A stretch of 50,922 nucleotides of DNA from Acidobacteriota bacterium (GTDB taxonomy: Bacteria > Acidobacteriota > Thermoanaerobaculia > UBA5066). The position numbers and the translations under genes were made by a program. Where the stretch lies: positions 1 through 50,922 of the forward strand of contig JAKLER010000001.1 in the NCBI GenBank assembly GCA_022711615.1, given 5' to 3'. The notes under the pieces were generated by a model. It did not search any database. It was not told the origin of the DNA and worked only from the letters and a program-made list of their open reading frames with translations. Every line of letters begins with the position of its first letter. The stretch's first letter is position 1. Of the stretch, positions 43,287 through 50,922 are shown piece by piece.

Positions 43287-46200
43287 ATGAAGTCCGTCCG
43301 CGCCCTCGGCGCGCTCCTCGCGGCCGCGGCCCTCGCCCCGGCCTCCCTTCCGGCCGCAGCCGGAACGGCGAAGCTCCACGTCGGCGAAGGAGTGCAGGAT
43401 CGGGTCGCGGCCGAGGGTCGGACTCGCGTCCTCGTGGCCCGCGACGCGGTTCCCGACTCCCCCGTTCCCGAGGGGCTGGAGGTCGTCCGGTCGCTCGACG
43501 GCGGCCGCATCCTCGCCGGCTGGCTGAACGCGACCGGGCTCGAGAGGCTGGGCCGGGAGCCCGGCGCGCGGGCCGTCGTCCTCGACCGCGTCGTCCGTCC
43601 TGCGGGGCAGGTCGGAACGGCCCAGATCGGTGCCGATCGGCTCTTCTCGGCCGGCCTGACGGGAACCGGGCGTGCCATCGGGATCGTCGACACCGGCGTC
43701 GACAGCTTCCATCCCGACTTCGGCGCGGGGCCGTCCGGTCCCGGGAGAATCCTCGGCGGCTGGAACTTCGCCGACGGCAACGACAAGACCCAGGACTGCA
43801 ACGGGCACGGCACCGCCGTCGCCGGCGTCGCCGCCGGGCACCAGGGGATCGCCCCCGGAGCGTCGATCGTCCCTCTGAAGGTCTTCGGCAACCGCGACGG
43901 CTGCTCCGCCGCGCTCTCCTCGGACGTCCTCGCGGCCGTCGACTGGGCGCTCGGGCACCGCGAAGCCCTGGGCCTCGAGGTCCTCAACCTGAGCCTCGCC
44001 GACGAACGGGTCCGATCCGGTTTCTGCGACGCCGAGGACCCCGTTTCGGCCGGCCTCTTCGCCCGGGCGCGCGCCGAGGGGCTCGTGGTGGTGGCCGCGT
44101 CCGGCAACGCCGGCTTCCCGTCGGCGATCTCCTGGCCCGCCTGCCATTCCGACGTCGTCAGCGTCGGGATGGTCTACGCGGCGGGGCAGGGTCCGCACGC
44201 CTGGGAAGGCGACGCCGAGTGCATCGACCCGTACACCGGGCCCGACGTCGTCCCCTGCACGAGCAACGGCGGTCCCGCTCTCTCGCTCCTCGCTCCCGGA
44301 GTCCGCTGGATCGCGCCGACGTCCGGCGGCGGCCGGTTCACCACCTTTTCCGGGACCTCGGCCGCAGCGCCCGCAGCCGCCGGGGCCCTCCTCCTGACAC
44401 GGCAGTTCACCTCCTTCGACGATCCCGCGCTCTCGACCGATTTCCTCCGGCTCACCGGCGTGCCGGTCGGCGACGGGCGGACCGCGCTCGCAACGCCCCG
44501 GCTCGACGTCGGGACCGCCCTCGTCGCGCCGAGCCCCGCCTCCGGTCCGTGCGAGAACCTCGAGGCCTCGGGCGCGAGGCCGGCCGCGATGGTCTGCCGC
44601 GCCACCGTCTCCGCCCAGACGGGGAACGTCTCTTCGCTCGCGGTCGCGCTCTCGCTCGAGCACCCGCGGCTCGCGACGGTGCGCGCGACGCTCACCGGGC
44701 CCGACGGCACGACGGCGCACCTCGTCGACGGTATCCGCAGGGAGGGGACCGTCTTCCGAGAGGTCTTCGGAAGGACGGTCGAGAGCTCGGAGCCGCTCTC
44801 GCTGTTCGCCGGGAGGCCCGTCGCCGGCACCTGGGTCCTCCGTCTCGAGGACGACGGGGGATTCCGCGACGGCCGGGTCACGAGCTGGGCGCTCGTCGCG
44901 GAGCCCGAAGCGCCGCGCGCGGTCCGTCTCGCGGAGGCGCCGAGCCGGTTCCTGCCGTCGGTCGCCCGCAACACCGGACGTTTCGGCTCGTTCTTCTCGA
45001 GCGACGTCGTCCTCTTCAACCCCCACCTCGAGCCCGCCGACGTCACGCTTTCGTTCCTGCCGTCGGGCGCCGCTCCGGACCAGGCGGTCGCCGTCGACCT
45101 TCGGCTCGGCGCCCGCGCCACGCGCACGCTGTCCGACGTCGTCGGCAACGCGTTCCGCTCGTCCGGCTTCGGCCCCGTCCGGATCGAAGCTCCGGCCCAC
45201 GTGATGGTCGTGAGCCGGACGAGGACGACGGCCCCGGGCGGTGGGACCTACGGCCTGTTCGTCCCCCCGCTCGCGCGGGACGCGGCCGCCGGCGTTCCCG
45301 ACCCGCCCACCTACCTCGCGCCCGTCTTCCACGCCGAACGCTCGCGCGTCAACGTCGGTCTCGCCGAGGTCTCGGGCGGCGAGGCGAACGTCGAGATCCT
45401 GGTCCGCGACGGCCGCGGCTCCGTGAAGGCGCGGTTCGGCGTGACGCTCGGTCCGTTCGCGAGCCGTCAGGTGAGCGACGTCCACGCCGCGGCCTCGACC
45501 GTGCCCGCCGACGGCGACCTCTTCGAGGTGCGCGTCCTGTCGGGATCGGGATACGTCGCGAGCTGGGCGATCGCGGTCGACAACGGCTCGAACGACGGCC
45601 TCCTCGTCGCCGCCTCCCGCCCGAGGCGGGACGCGTTCCTCCCCGCGGCGGCTCGCTCGCCCGGGAGGTTCGGGGCCTATTTCCGAACCGATCTCAAGCT
45701 CTCGAACCCGTGGACCTCGCCGGCGAGAGTCCGCATCTCCTTCTTCCCGTCGCGCGGCGCCGCCTCGAAGGAGCTCGTCCTGTCGCTCGGCGCCTTCGAG
45801 ACGCGCCTGTTCGAGGACGTCCTCGGGAGCCTCCTCGGCCTCCCGGAGGACACCGCGGGCGCCCTCCGGATCACGGCGCTCGGAGACGGTCCCGGACTGA
45901 TCGCTTCCAGCCGCACCTACACCGAGGAGCCGGGGAAGAGCTACGGCCTCGCCATCGGCCTCCTCGGCGACTCCGAAGCGGAGCCCGGAGACGAGGCGGC
46001 CCTGACGTTCCTCTCGGGGGGGCCCCGGACGCGGACGAACCTGGGGTTCCTCGAGACGCGCGGTCTCGAGACGGTGGCGGAGGTGACGCTCTTCGACGCG
46101 TCGGGCTCCATCCTCGCCACCCGCGAGCTGATGCTCGAGCCCCATCAGGCCGTCCAGTGGAACGACGTCTTCGCGGAGATGGGCATCGCCCCGGTCGAGG

Positions 46201-46343
46201 AAGCCTCCGCGACGGTGAGCGTGGGCCGGGGCGGGGCGCTCCTCGTCCACGCGACCCGCGTCGACAACGCGACGAACGACGGGAGCTTCCTCCCTGCCCG
46301 CGTCGTCCGCTCCCGCCCCGTCACTCCGGCTTTCGCCCGCTGA
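43287..46343 (+). CDS. secreted S8 subtilisin-family serine peptidase with P-domain and two C-terminal ~220-aa repeats
   Basis: Signal peptide MKSVRALGALLAAAALAPASLPAAAG. Catalytic D135 (IVDTGVD), H174 (NGHGTAVAG) and S358 (SGTSAAAP). Proprotein-convertase-like P-domain around aa 425-538 (LEHPRLATVRATLTGPDGTT...GTWVLRLED). Two homologous C-terminal domains at aa 554-776 and 784-1003. Confidence 0.88.
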   Translation: MKSVRALGALLAAAALAPASLPAAAGTAKLHVGEGVQDRVAAEGRTRVLVARDAVPDSPVPEGLEVVRSLDGGRILAGWLNATGLERLGREPGARAVVLDRVVRPAGQVGTAQIGADRLFSAGLTGTGRAIGIVDTGVDSFHPDFGAGPSGPGRILGGWNFADGNDKTQDCNGHGTAVAGVAAGHQGIAPGASIVPLKVFGNRDGCSAALSSDVLAAVDWALGHREALGLEVLNLSLADERVRSGFCDAEDPVSAGLFARARAEGLVVVAASGNAGFPSAISWPACHSDVVSVGMVYAAGQGPHAWEGDAECIDPYTGPDVVPCTSNGGPALSLLAPGVRWIAPTSGGGRFTTFSGTSAAAPAAAGALLLTRQFTSFDDPALSTDFLRLTGVPVGDGRTALATPRLDVGTALVAPSPASGPCENLEASGARPAAMVCRATVSAQTGNVSSLAVALSLEHPRLATVRATLTGPDGTTAHLVDGIRREGTVFREVFGRTVESSEPLSLFAGRPVAGTWVLRLEDDGGFRDGRVTSWALVAEPEAPRAVRLAEAPSRFLPSVARNTGRFGSFFSSDVVLFNPHLEPADVTLSFLPSGAAPDQAVAVDLRLGARATRTLSDVVGNAFRSSGFGPVRIEAPAHVMVVSRTRTTAPGGGTYGLFVPPLARDAAAGVPDPPTYLAPVFHAERSRVNVGLAEVSGGEANVEILVRDGRGSVKARFGVTLGPFASRQVSDVHAAASTVPADGDLFEVRVLSGSGYVASWAIAVDNGSNDGLLVAASRPRRDAFLPAAARSPGRFGAYFRTDLKLSNPWTSPARVRISFFPSRGAASKELVLSLGAFETRLFEDVLGSLLGLPEDTAGALRITALGDGPGLIASSRTYTEEPGKSYGLAIGLLGDSEAEPGDEAALTFLSGGPRTRTNLGFLETRGLETVAEVTLFDASGSILATRELMLEPHQAVQWNDVFAEMGIAPVEEASATVSVGRGGALLVHATRVDNATNDGSFLPARVVRSRPVTPAFAR

Positions 46344-46995
46344 CCAGCTCGAATCCGTGCAGATGGCCGGCGCCGGCGTCCTCGACGCGGACGTCGACGA
46401 GTCCGGCGGCCGCGAGGAGCGCCGCCACTTCGGCGCCGTCGCACGGCTCGACGGCGGAGCCCCGCGTCCAGCCGAGGACCGCCACGACGAGCCGCTCCTG
46501 GAGCCGGTCCAGGAGCCTCTTCCACCGGGGGCCGCCGCCGCTCGTCAGGACGACGACGCGCCCGCCGGGGTCGAGACGCGCCGCGACGGCGGCGACGAAA
46601 GCCTCGCGTTCGGCCCGGGGCACCAGGTAGAGGACGTCGACGACCGAGACCGCGTCGAATGTCTCCTTCCGGATCTCCGAGAGCTCGCACGCGCGGAACG
46701 TCCGCCGCGGCAGGCGGCCGAGCCAGGCTCGCGCCCGCGACACCTTCCTTTCGTCGGGGTCGATGCCGACGTAGGAGCCGGCGGCCCCCCGAGACTCGAG
46801 GAGGAACGCCAGGAGGCCGGGCCCGCACCCGACGTCGAGGAGCGTCCTCTCGCCCTCGAGGCCGTCCACGACGCGCGGCCAGGGCGCGCTCCACCTCCGA
46901 ACGGCGAGGTGGAGCCGCGCGCCGAGCGGGAGCGCGGACGCCGCGCGGAAGACGGCCCGCGGGCCGGGGAGCGTGGGCGTCGACGGGCCGGGCAC
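46321..46995 (-). CDS. class I SAM-dependent methyltransferase
   Basis: 3' part of listed ORF 46321..48189. SAM motif I LLDVGCGPGLL, with DAVSVVDVLYL and LDPGGRVVV. GTG 46995 is preferred (TACTCT hexamer 7 nt upstream). Alternative ATG 47049 would overlap the divergent gene by 9 nt. Confidence 0.65.
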   Translation of the reverse strand: MPGPSTPTLPGPRAVFRAASALPLGARLHLAVRRWSAPWPRVVDGLEGERTLLDVGCGPGLLAFLLESRGAAGSYVGIDPDERKVSRARAWLGRLPRRTFRACELSEIRKETFDAVSVVDVLYLVPRAEREAFVAAVAARLDPGGRVVVLTSGGGPRWKRLLDRLQERLVVAVLGWTRGSAVEPCDGAEVAALLAAAGLVDVRVEDAGAGHLHGFELVSGRKPE

Positions 46996-47002
46996 GGGCC
47001 AT

Positions 47003-47008
47003 AGAGTA
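47003..47008 (-). promoter_or_regulatory. putative -10 hexamer TACTCT, 7 nt upstream of GTG 46995 (leaderless-type)
   Basis: The minus strand reads ggagatTACTCTatggcccGTG. Confidence 0.3.
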
Positions 47009-47040
47009 ATCTCCGATCCTGCGGTGCGAGGCCTCCCGAG

Positions 47041-48201
47041 ATGAGCCATCCGACCTTTCCCTGGCCGTGGCGCGGCCCGGAGAACCGCAAGCTCGCGCTC
47101 GTCGTCCTCCTGTGGCTCGCCGCGCTCCAGCTCTGGGCGTTCGTCTCGGTCCGCGCGCTTCCGATCGGCCGGCCTTCTCCGTGGAGCGAGGAGGCGACGC
47201 GGCGGGCCCCGGCCTTCGCCCGCTTCGACTCGGGCTGGTACAACTCGATCGTCGAGAAGGGCTATCCGCCGCCGCCTGCCGCGGGAGCCCAGTCGGAGCA
47301 CGCCTTCTTTCCCCTTTATCCGATGACCGCGCGCGCGATCCACCTCGCGACGGGTCTCGACTCGTTCCGCGCCGCCGTCGTCGTCAGCTGGACCGCGCTC
47401 CTCCTCGCCGTCCCCCTCCTGGCCGCCGAGGCGCGCGAACGCTTCGGCGAGGGGACCGACCGGGGCGCGCTCCCGTTCCTGCTCCTCTACCCCGTCGCCT
47501 TCTTCCTCGCCGCGGTCTACACCGAGTCGCTCTTCCTCCTCCTCGCGCTCCTCGCGTTCCGCGCCTCCCGACGGAACGAGCTCGCGCCCGCGCTCCTCTT
47601 CGGCCTCCTCCTCGGCCTCACCCGCGCCCCCGCCGTCGCGGTCGGGCCGGGCCTGGCGGTCGCGTGGTGGCTGGCCGGCGCGGCCGGCGCGCGCCGCGCG
47701 GCGGGAGCCGCGCTCCTTCTCGTCGCACCTCTCGCCGGAGTCCTCGCCTGGGTCTTCGGGATCGGCCTCCTGCAGGGAGAGCCGATGCTCTTCTTCCGTT
47801 CGATGAGCGCCTGGCGCGCCTCGGCGGGCAACCCCTTTGCCGGCGCCGTCGCCTTCGTCCTCGAGCCGGTCCGGATGCTCCGCACCGGCTGGTTCCGGGA
47901 GCACCCGGGCGCCGTCGCCCCGTTCGTCCACTTCGGCCTCTTCGCGCTCCTGGGAGCGTTCCAGCTCCGGATGCGCCGATGGGCGGACGCCGCCTGGACG
48001 GCAGGGGTCCTCGGCCTCGCCGTGGCGACCGGGACGGCCGACGGCGTCCCCCGCTACACACTCACCGTCTACCCGGGCCACTTCGCCGCCGCAGCCCTCT
48101 GCGAGACCCGGCCCCGTCTGAAGGCGCTCTGGCTCGGAACGTCGCTCGCGCTCCTCCTCCTGAACTCCGCGTTCTTCGTGAGCTGGCACTTCGTTTCGTA
48201 G
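47041..48201 (+). CDS. polytopic GT-C glycosyltransferase, PIG-V/mannosyltransferase-like
   Basis: 386 aa with about 9 hydrophobic segments. The first periplasmic loop motif FARFDSGWYNSIVEKGY...HAFFPLYP is typical of the Mannosyl_trans2 (PIG-V-like) bacterial family. Confidence 0.65.
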   Translation: MSHPTFPWPWRGPENRKLALVVLLWLAALQLWAFVSVRALPIGRPSPWSEEATRRAPAFARFDSGWYNSIVEKGYPPPPAAGAQSEHAFFPLYPMTARAIHLATGLDSFRAAVVVSWTALLLAVPLLAAEARERFGEGTDRGALPFLLLYPVAFFLAAVYTESLFLLLALLAFRASRRNELAPALLFGLLLGLTRAPAVAVGPGLAVAWWLAGAAGARRAAGAALLLVAPLAGVLAWVFGIGLLQGEPMLFFRSMSAWRASAGNPFAGAVAFVLEPVRMLRTGWFREHPGAVAPFVHFGLFALLGAFQLRMRRWADAAWTAGVLGLAVATGTADGVPRYTLTVYPGHFAAAALCETRPRLKALWLGTSLALLLLNSAFFVSWHFVS

Positions 48202-48203
48202 CG

Positions 48204-48932
48204 ATGCGGCCTCACCGATCGGTCTCCCTCGTCGTCCCGATGCGCAACGAGGAGCGGAGCCTCCCCCACCTCCTGCGCGTCGCGGTCGAAGCGCTCGAAC
48301 GGCACGCGGACGAGTGGGAGATCGTCCTCGTCGACGACGCCTCGTCCGACGGGACCCCCGCGTTCGCCGAGGAGGCCGCCGGCGCCGATCCGCGCGTTCG
48401 GGTCGTTCGGCACGCCGTGAACAGGGGGCTGGGCGGCGCGCTGAAGTCCGGCTTCTCGGCCGCGGCGAAGGAGTGGGTCCTCTACTCCGACTGCGATCTC
48501 CCGTGGGACCTCGAGGAGACGGGGCGCGTCTTCCGCGCCGCCGAGCTGACGGGCGCCGACGTCGTCTCCGGCTATCGCCACGACCGGACCGGCGAGGGGA
48601 CGCTCCGAACGATCTACTCGTTCCTCTACAACGGGCTCGTCCACCTCGCGTTCGGCTTCCCGATCCGCGACGTCAACTTCTCCTGCAAGCTCGTCCGGCG
48701 CTCGCTCCTCTCGGGGCTCCCCCTCGAGAGCGAGGGCTCCTTCATCGACGCCGAGCTCCTCGTCCGGCTCCGGAACCGGGGCGCGGTCATCCAGCAGGTC
48801 GGCCTCGACTACTTCCCGCGGACGCGCGGCGTCTCCACGCTCTCCTCGCCGCGGACGATCCTCCGCATCCTTCGCGACCTCGCGCGTCTCGTCCCGGAGC
48901 TCCGGGGCGAGCGCCGCCGGCTCGCGCCGTGA
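48204..48932 (+). CDS. GT2 glycosyltransferase, polyprenol-phosphate hexose synthase type (DPM1/ArnC-like)
   Basis: ATG 48204 inside listed ORF 47067..48932. Blocks SLVVPMRNEE, VLVDDASSDGT, DCDL (DxD) and RDVNFSCKLVRR. Short soluble form of 242 aa. Confidence 0.8.
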   Translation: MRPHRSVSLVVPMRNEERSLPHLLRVAVEALERHADEWEIVLVDDASSDGTPAFAEEAAGADPRVRVVRHAVNRGLGGALKSGFSAAAKEWVLYSDCDLPWDLEETGRVFRAAELTGADVVSGYRHDRTGEGTLRTIYSFLYNGLVHLAFGFPIRDVNFSCKLVRRSLLSGLPLESEGSFIDAELLVRLRNRGAVIQQVGLDYFPRTRGVSTLSSPRTILRILRDLARLVPELRGERRRLAP

Positions 48933-49783
48933 CGCGGCTCGTCCTGAACGCCGACGACGCCGGCCTCGCGCCCGGCCTCTCGCGGCGGATCGCTTCGCTC
49001 CTGGCGTCGGGGCGCCTCGGGGGGACGAGCCTCCTCGCCTGCGGAGAGGCGTTCGGCGAGGCGGTCCGCGCTCTCCGAGAGGCCGGGGTCGGAGAAGCCG
49101 GCGTCCATCTCTGCCTCGTCGGGGGCGAGGCGCCGCTCTCTCCCCCGGGGCGCGTGCGCGGGATCGCGCCGGGAGGGCGCTTCCCGGGTTCGTGGCCGGC
49201 CGTCGCGGCGCGGATCGCGTCCGGCCTCGCCCCGGTCGCGGAGGTGGAGCGGGAATGGGAGGCCCAGGTCGTCGCCGTCCTCTCGGCGGGCCTGCGGGTG
49301 ACGCATCTCGACGCGCACCAGCACCTCCACCTCCTCCCGCGCCTCGTTCCGGTGGCCGCCGCGCTCGCGCGGCGCTTCGACGTCCCGTACGTCCGGGCGC
49401 CTCGAGGGGACGACCCGGCCGCGACGGCCGATCCCGGCCTCGCGGGAAGCGTCCGGGCGCGGCTCCTCGCGCTCTTCGGGTCGAGTGCGAGACGGCTCCT
49501 CTCGCGGGCCGGCCTGCCCGAGCCTCCGCGCGTCCTCGGCCTCGCGGAGGCGGGAGGAATGGACCTCGCGCGGTGGCGGACGCTCCTCGACGCGCTGCCG
49601 TCCGAGGGGACGTTCGAGGTCGTCCTCCATCCCGGGGTCGAGGACGCCCGGGCGCGCATGCGCTACCCGTGGGGCTATTCGTGGGAAGCGGAGACCGCCG
49701 CCCTCGAGGACGACGGCCTCCTCGAGACGATGTCGGCGCGGGGCGTGGCGCGCGTCGGCTTCGGAGAGCTCGCGCGCGCCTGA
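48929..49783 (+). CDS. YdjC/ChbG/HpnK/NaxD-family carbohydrate deacetylase
   Basis: GTG 48929 (GTGA overlap with the GT2 stop) inside listed ORF 48314..49783. The N-terminal LVLNADDAGL (NADDFG-type motif) and HLDAHQHLHLLP are typical of the YdjC family. Confidence 0.8.
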   Translation: MTRLVLNADDAGLAPGLSRRIASLLASGRLGGTSLLACGEAFGEAVRALREAGVGEAGVHLCLVGGEAPLSPPGRVRGIAPGGRFPGSWPAVAARIASGLAPVAEVEREWEAQVVAVLSAGLRVTHLDAHQHLHLLPRLVPVAAALARRFDVPYVRAPRGDDPAATADPGLAGSVRARLLALFGSSARRLLSRAGLPEPPRVLGLAEAGGMDLARWRTLLDALPSEGTFEVVLHPGVEDARARMRYPWGYSWEAETAALEDDGLLETMSARGVARVGFGELARA

Positions 49784-49796
49784 CGCCCCGTCCGCG

Positions 49797-50435
49797 TCAC
49801 CAGGGGACGACCTTGCCGTCGGCCCCCTTCGCGTCCTTCCGCAGCTCGCCGGCCGGCAGAGAGAACGGCAGCGCGACGTCCAGGGTCTTGTTCTTCAGGA
49901 CGAGGGTGTAGCTCCCCGGCTTCCAGATGCCGCTCGGCGCCTCGAAGAAGAGGTCCCCCTGGATCAGCCAGCTCGGGCCGCCGGAGACCTCGTCCTGCAC
50001 GACCGGACCGCCCGGCACCGTGAAGAAGCGAAGGCTCTCGAACCGAGTCGGCCTCGAGAAGTAGTTGTCCAGCGGGTCCCGCGCAACCGAAGCCCGCTGC
50101 ACGAGCTGGAGAGGGTTCTTCATCCTTTCCGCGAAGCGCTTCTGGCCCGGGAGCGGGATTCGCTCTCCGTCCGGCCCCAGCAGCGCGACGTCCTCGCGGT
50201 TCAGGTTCAGGGCCTTCCCCTCCGCGGCGAACGCGAGCTCGAGGAGGAGCCAAGGCTCCTTCTCGAACGTCTGATTGGCGAATCGCCACGAGAGGACGGC
50301 CTTGACGGCGTCGTCCTGGTAGCGGACGACGGTCTTCCCGAGGCGCGTGACGGGCGACGCCTTCTCCGCGGCGACGGCGGAGCCGGCGAGCGTCGTGGAG
50401 ACGATCAGGGCGATCCAACGGCTGGCGCGGGTCAT
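49797..50435 (-). CDS. secreted hypothetical protein (212 aa)
   Basis: Signal peptide MTRASRWIALIVSTTLAGSAVAA, balanced composition, strong RBS GAGGAGG 5 nt before the ATG. No family recognised. Confidence 0.7.
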   Translation of the reverse strand: MTRASRWIALIVSTTLAGSAVAAEKASPVTRLGKTVVRYQDDAVKAVLSWRFANQTFEKEPWLLLELAFAAEGKALNLNREDVALLGPDGERIPLPGQKRFAERMKNPLQLVQRASVARDPLDNYFSRPTRFESLRFFTVPGGPVVQDEVSGGPSWLIQGDLFFEAPSGIWKPGSYTLVLKNKTLDVALPFSLPAGELRKDAKGADGKVVPW

Positions 50436-50616
50436 CGGAACCTCCTCACCGTCCTTGCGCGAGGTCGATCCTGCGCGTCGGGACGGACTGAGACGACGTC
50501 TAGCACATCCCGCGCCAGCGCGTCGGGGGACGACGTCAACGGGATGCGCGTCGAGTGCGTCTCATGGTTCGTCCGGCCCGGGCGATCGTCGGCCCCCGGA
50601 CGCGGAAGGAGCAGCC

Positions 50617-50922
50617 ATGAAAAACGGAACGTCACGCAAGGGGCTCGCCGCGGTCGCCGCGGTCCTGGGACTCCTCCTTGCCGCCGGTGCGGCGACGGCC
50701 GGGCCGGCGGGACGCCGGGGCGGCGCATCGGGCGACCTCCGGGGAGCCCTGGAGGCCCTCGACCTCTCCGACGGGCAGCGCGCCGAGCTCAAGGCGGTCC
50801 TCGAGGAAGGGCGCGAGCGCCGCGAGGCCCTCCGGCGCGAGAGCTGGGACGCCCGCCAGGCTCTCCGCACGGCGGCGGAGGCGCCCGCCCCGGACGCGGC
50901 CGAGGTGGGACGCGCCTATCTC
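50617..50922 (+). CDS. Spy/CpxP-family (LTXXQ-motif) periplasmic protein, 5' part (runs off right edge)
   Basis: Not in the ORF track because it is unterminated. Own translation: MKNGTSRKGLAAVAAVLGLLLAAGAATAGPAGRRGGASGDLRGALEALDLSDGQRAELKAVLEEGRERREALRRESWDARQAL... It has a signal peptide and an LxLSDxQ repeat typical of LTXXQ proteins. RBS GGAAGGAG. Confidence 0.6.
   Translation, partial: MKNGTSRKGLAAVAAVLGLLLAAGAATAGPAGRRGGASGDLRGALEALDLSDGQRAELKAVLEEGRERREALRRESWDARQALRTAAEAPAPDAAEVGRAYL

Noticed and set aside
43077-46630. Long ORFs 43077..46250 (minus) and 43265..46630 (plus) overlapping the S8 protease gene
   Set aside because: Only frame 43287..46343 carries a signal peptide, the D/H/S catalytic triad and the P-domain. 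The others are low-complexity Arg/Gly/Pro frames.
46996-47049. ATG 47049 as the start of the second methyltransferase
   Set aside because: It would overlap the divergent GT-C gene start by 9 nt. GTG 46995 fits the TACTCT-7 nt pattern. ATG 47049 is not excluded, because a weak GAAAGG precedes it.
48185-48200. Sigma54 promoter-like TGGCACttcgtTTCG
   Set aside because: The -12 element is TTCG rather than TTGC. The site lies in the last codons of the GT-C gene only 4 nt before the GT2 ATG, so the transcript would start inside the GT2 gene. I found no convincing TGGCAC-N5-TTGC site near the bEBP.
47041-49783. Interpretation of the GT-C/GT2/YdjC cluster as a GPI-anchor-like pathway or as hopanoid hpnI/hpnK
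   Set aside because: The GPI analogy fails because the eukaryotic de-N-acetylase PIG-L belongs to the LmbE family, not YdjC, and PIG-A is a GT4 enzyme. The hopanoid reading lacks the radical SAM hpnJ and any squalene-hopene cyclase nearby. The GT2 is also a short soluble DPM1-like form, not the membrane HpnI type. The lipid-carrier aminosugar model fits better, but none of these is proven.

Overview
Very GC-rich (by eye well above 65 percent, not computed), gene-dense chromosomal window from a diderm bacterium. LpxH, an outer-membrane-type barrel and MacAB-type efflux support the diderm call. The gene content resembles Acidobacteriota/Myxococcota-like lineages, but that cannot be proven from the sequence alone. 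I support 42 protein-coding genes covering nearly the whole window. They are mostly housekeeping (hpt, ridA, ltaE, ribF, rimO, asnS, gcdH, nrdR, hsp20, lon, thiL, aroA, lpxH) mixed with signalling and envelope genes. I recognised no rRNA, tRNA, CRISPR array, transposase, integrase or phage gene. GC bias fills the six-frame track with long spurious ORFs (R/P/G/A-rich, antisense or frame-shifted to real genes), and several real genes are only the 3' part of a longer listed ORF. Two genes that run off the window edges are absent from the track and were translated by hand. The observations most worth a second look are: (1) a ~1300-aa sigma54 activator whose ~1000-aa N-terminal region looks like a catalytically dead kinase/STAND/TPR sensor scaffold; (2) a GT-C + GT2 + YdjC-deacetylase module, with a divergent methyltransferase, that matches the logic of polyprenyl-phosphate aminosugar envelope modification; (3) a single-polypeptide chorismate mutase - prephenate dehydratase/ACT - DAHP synthase fusion preceded by a hairpin that sequesters its Shine-Dalgarno; (4) a window-wide pattern of A/T-rich TAnnnT hexamers 5-12 nt upstream of the start codons of operon-leading genes, implying leaderless mRNAs; (5) a PD-(D/E)XK nuclease fused to an XPD/DinG Fe-S helicase; (6) a secreted four-repeat protein driven by the only consensus TTGACA-17-TAGAAT promoter in the window, with its -35 box inside a dyad; (7) an S8 protease with a P-domain and two copies of an unrecognised ~220-aa domain. 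All functional calls rest on motif and family recognition by eye. No database search was run.
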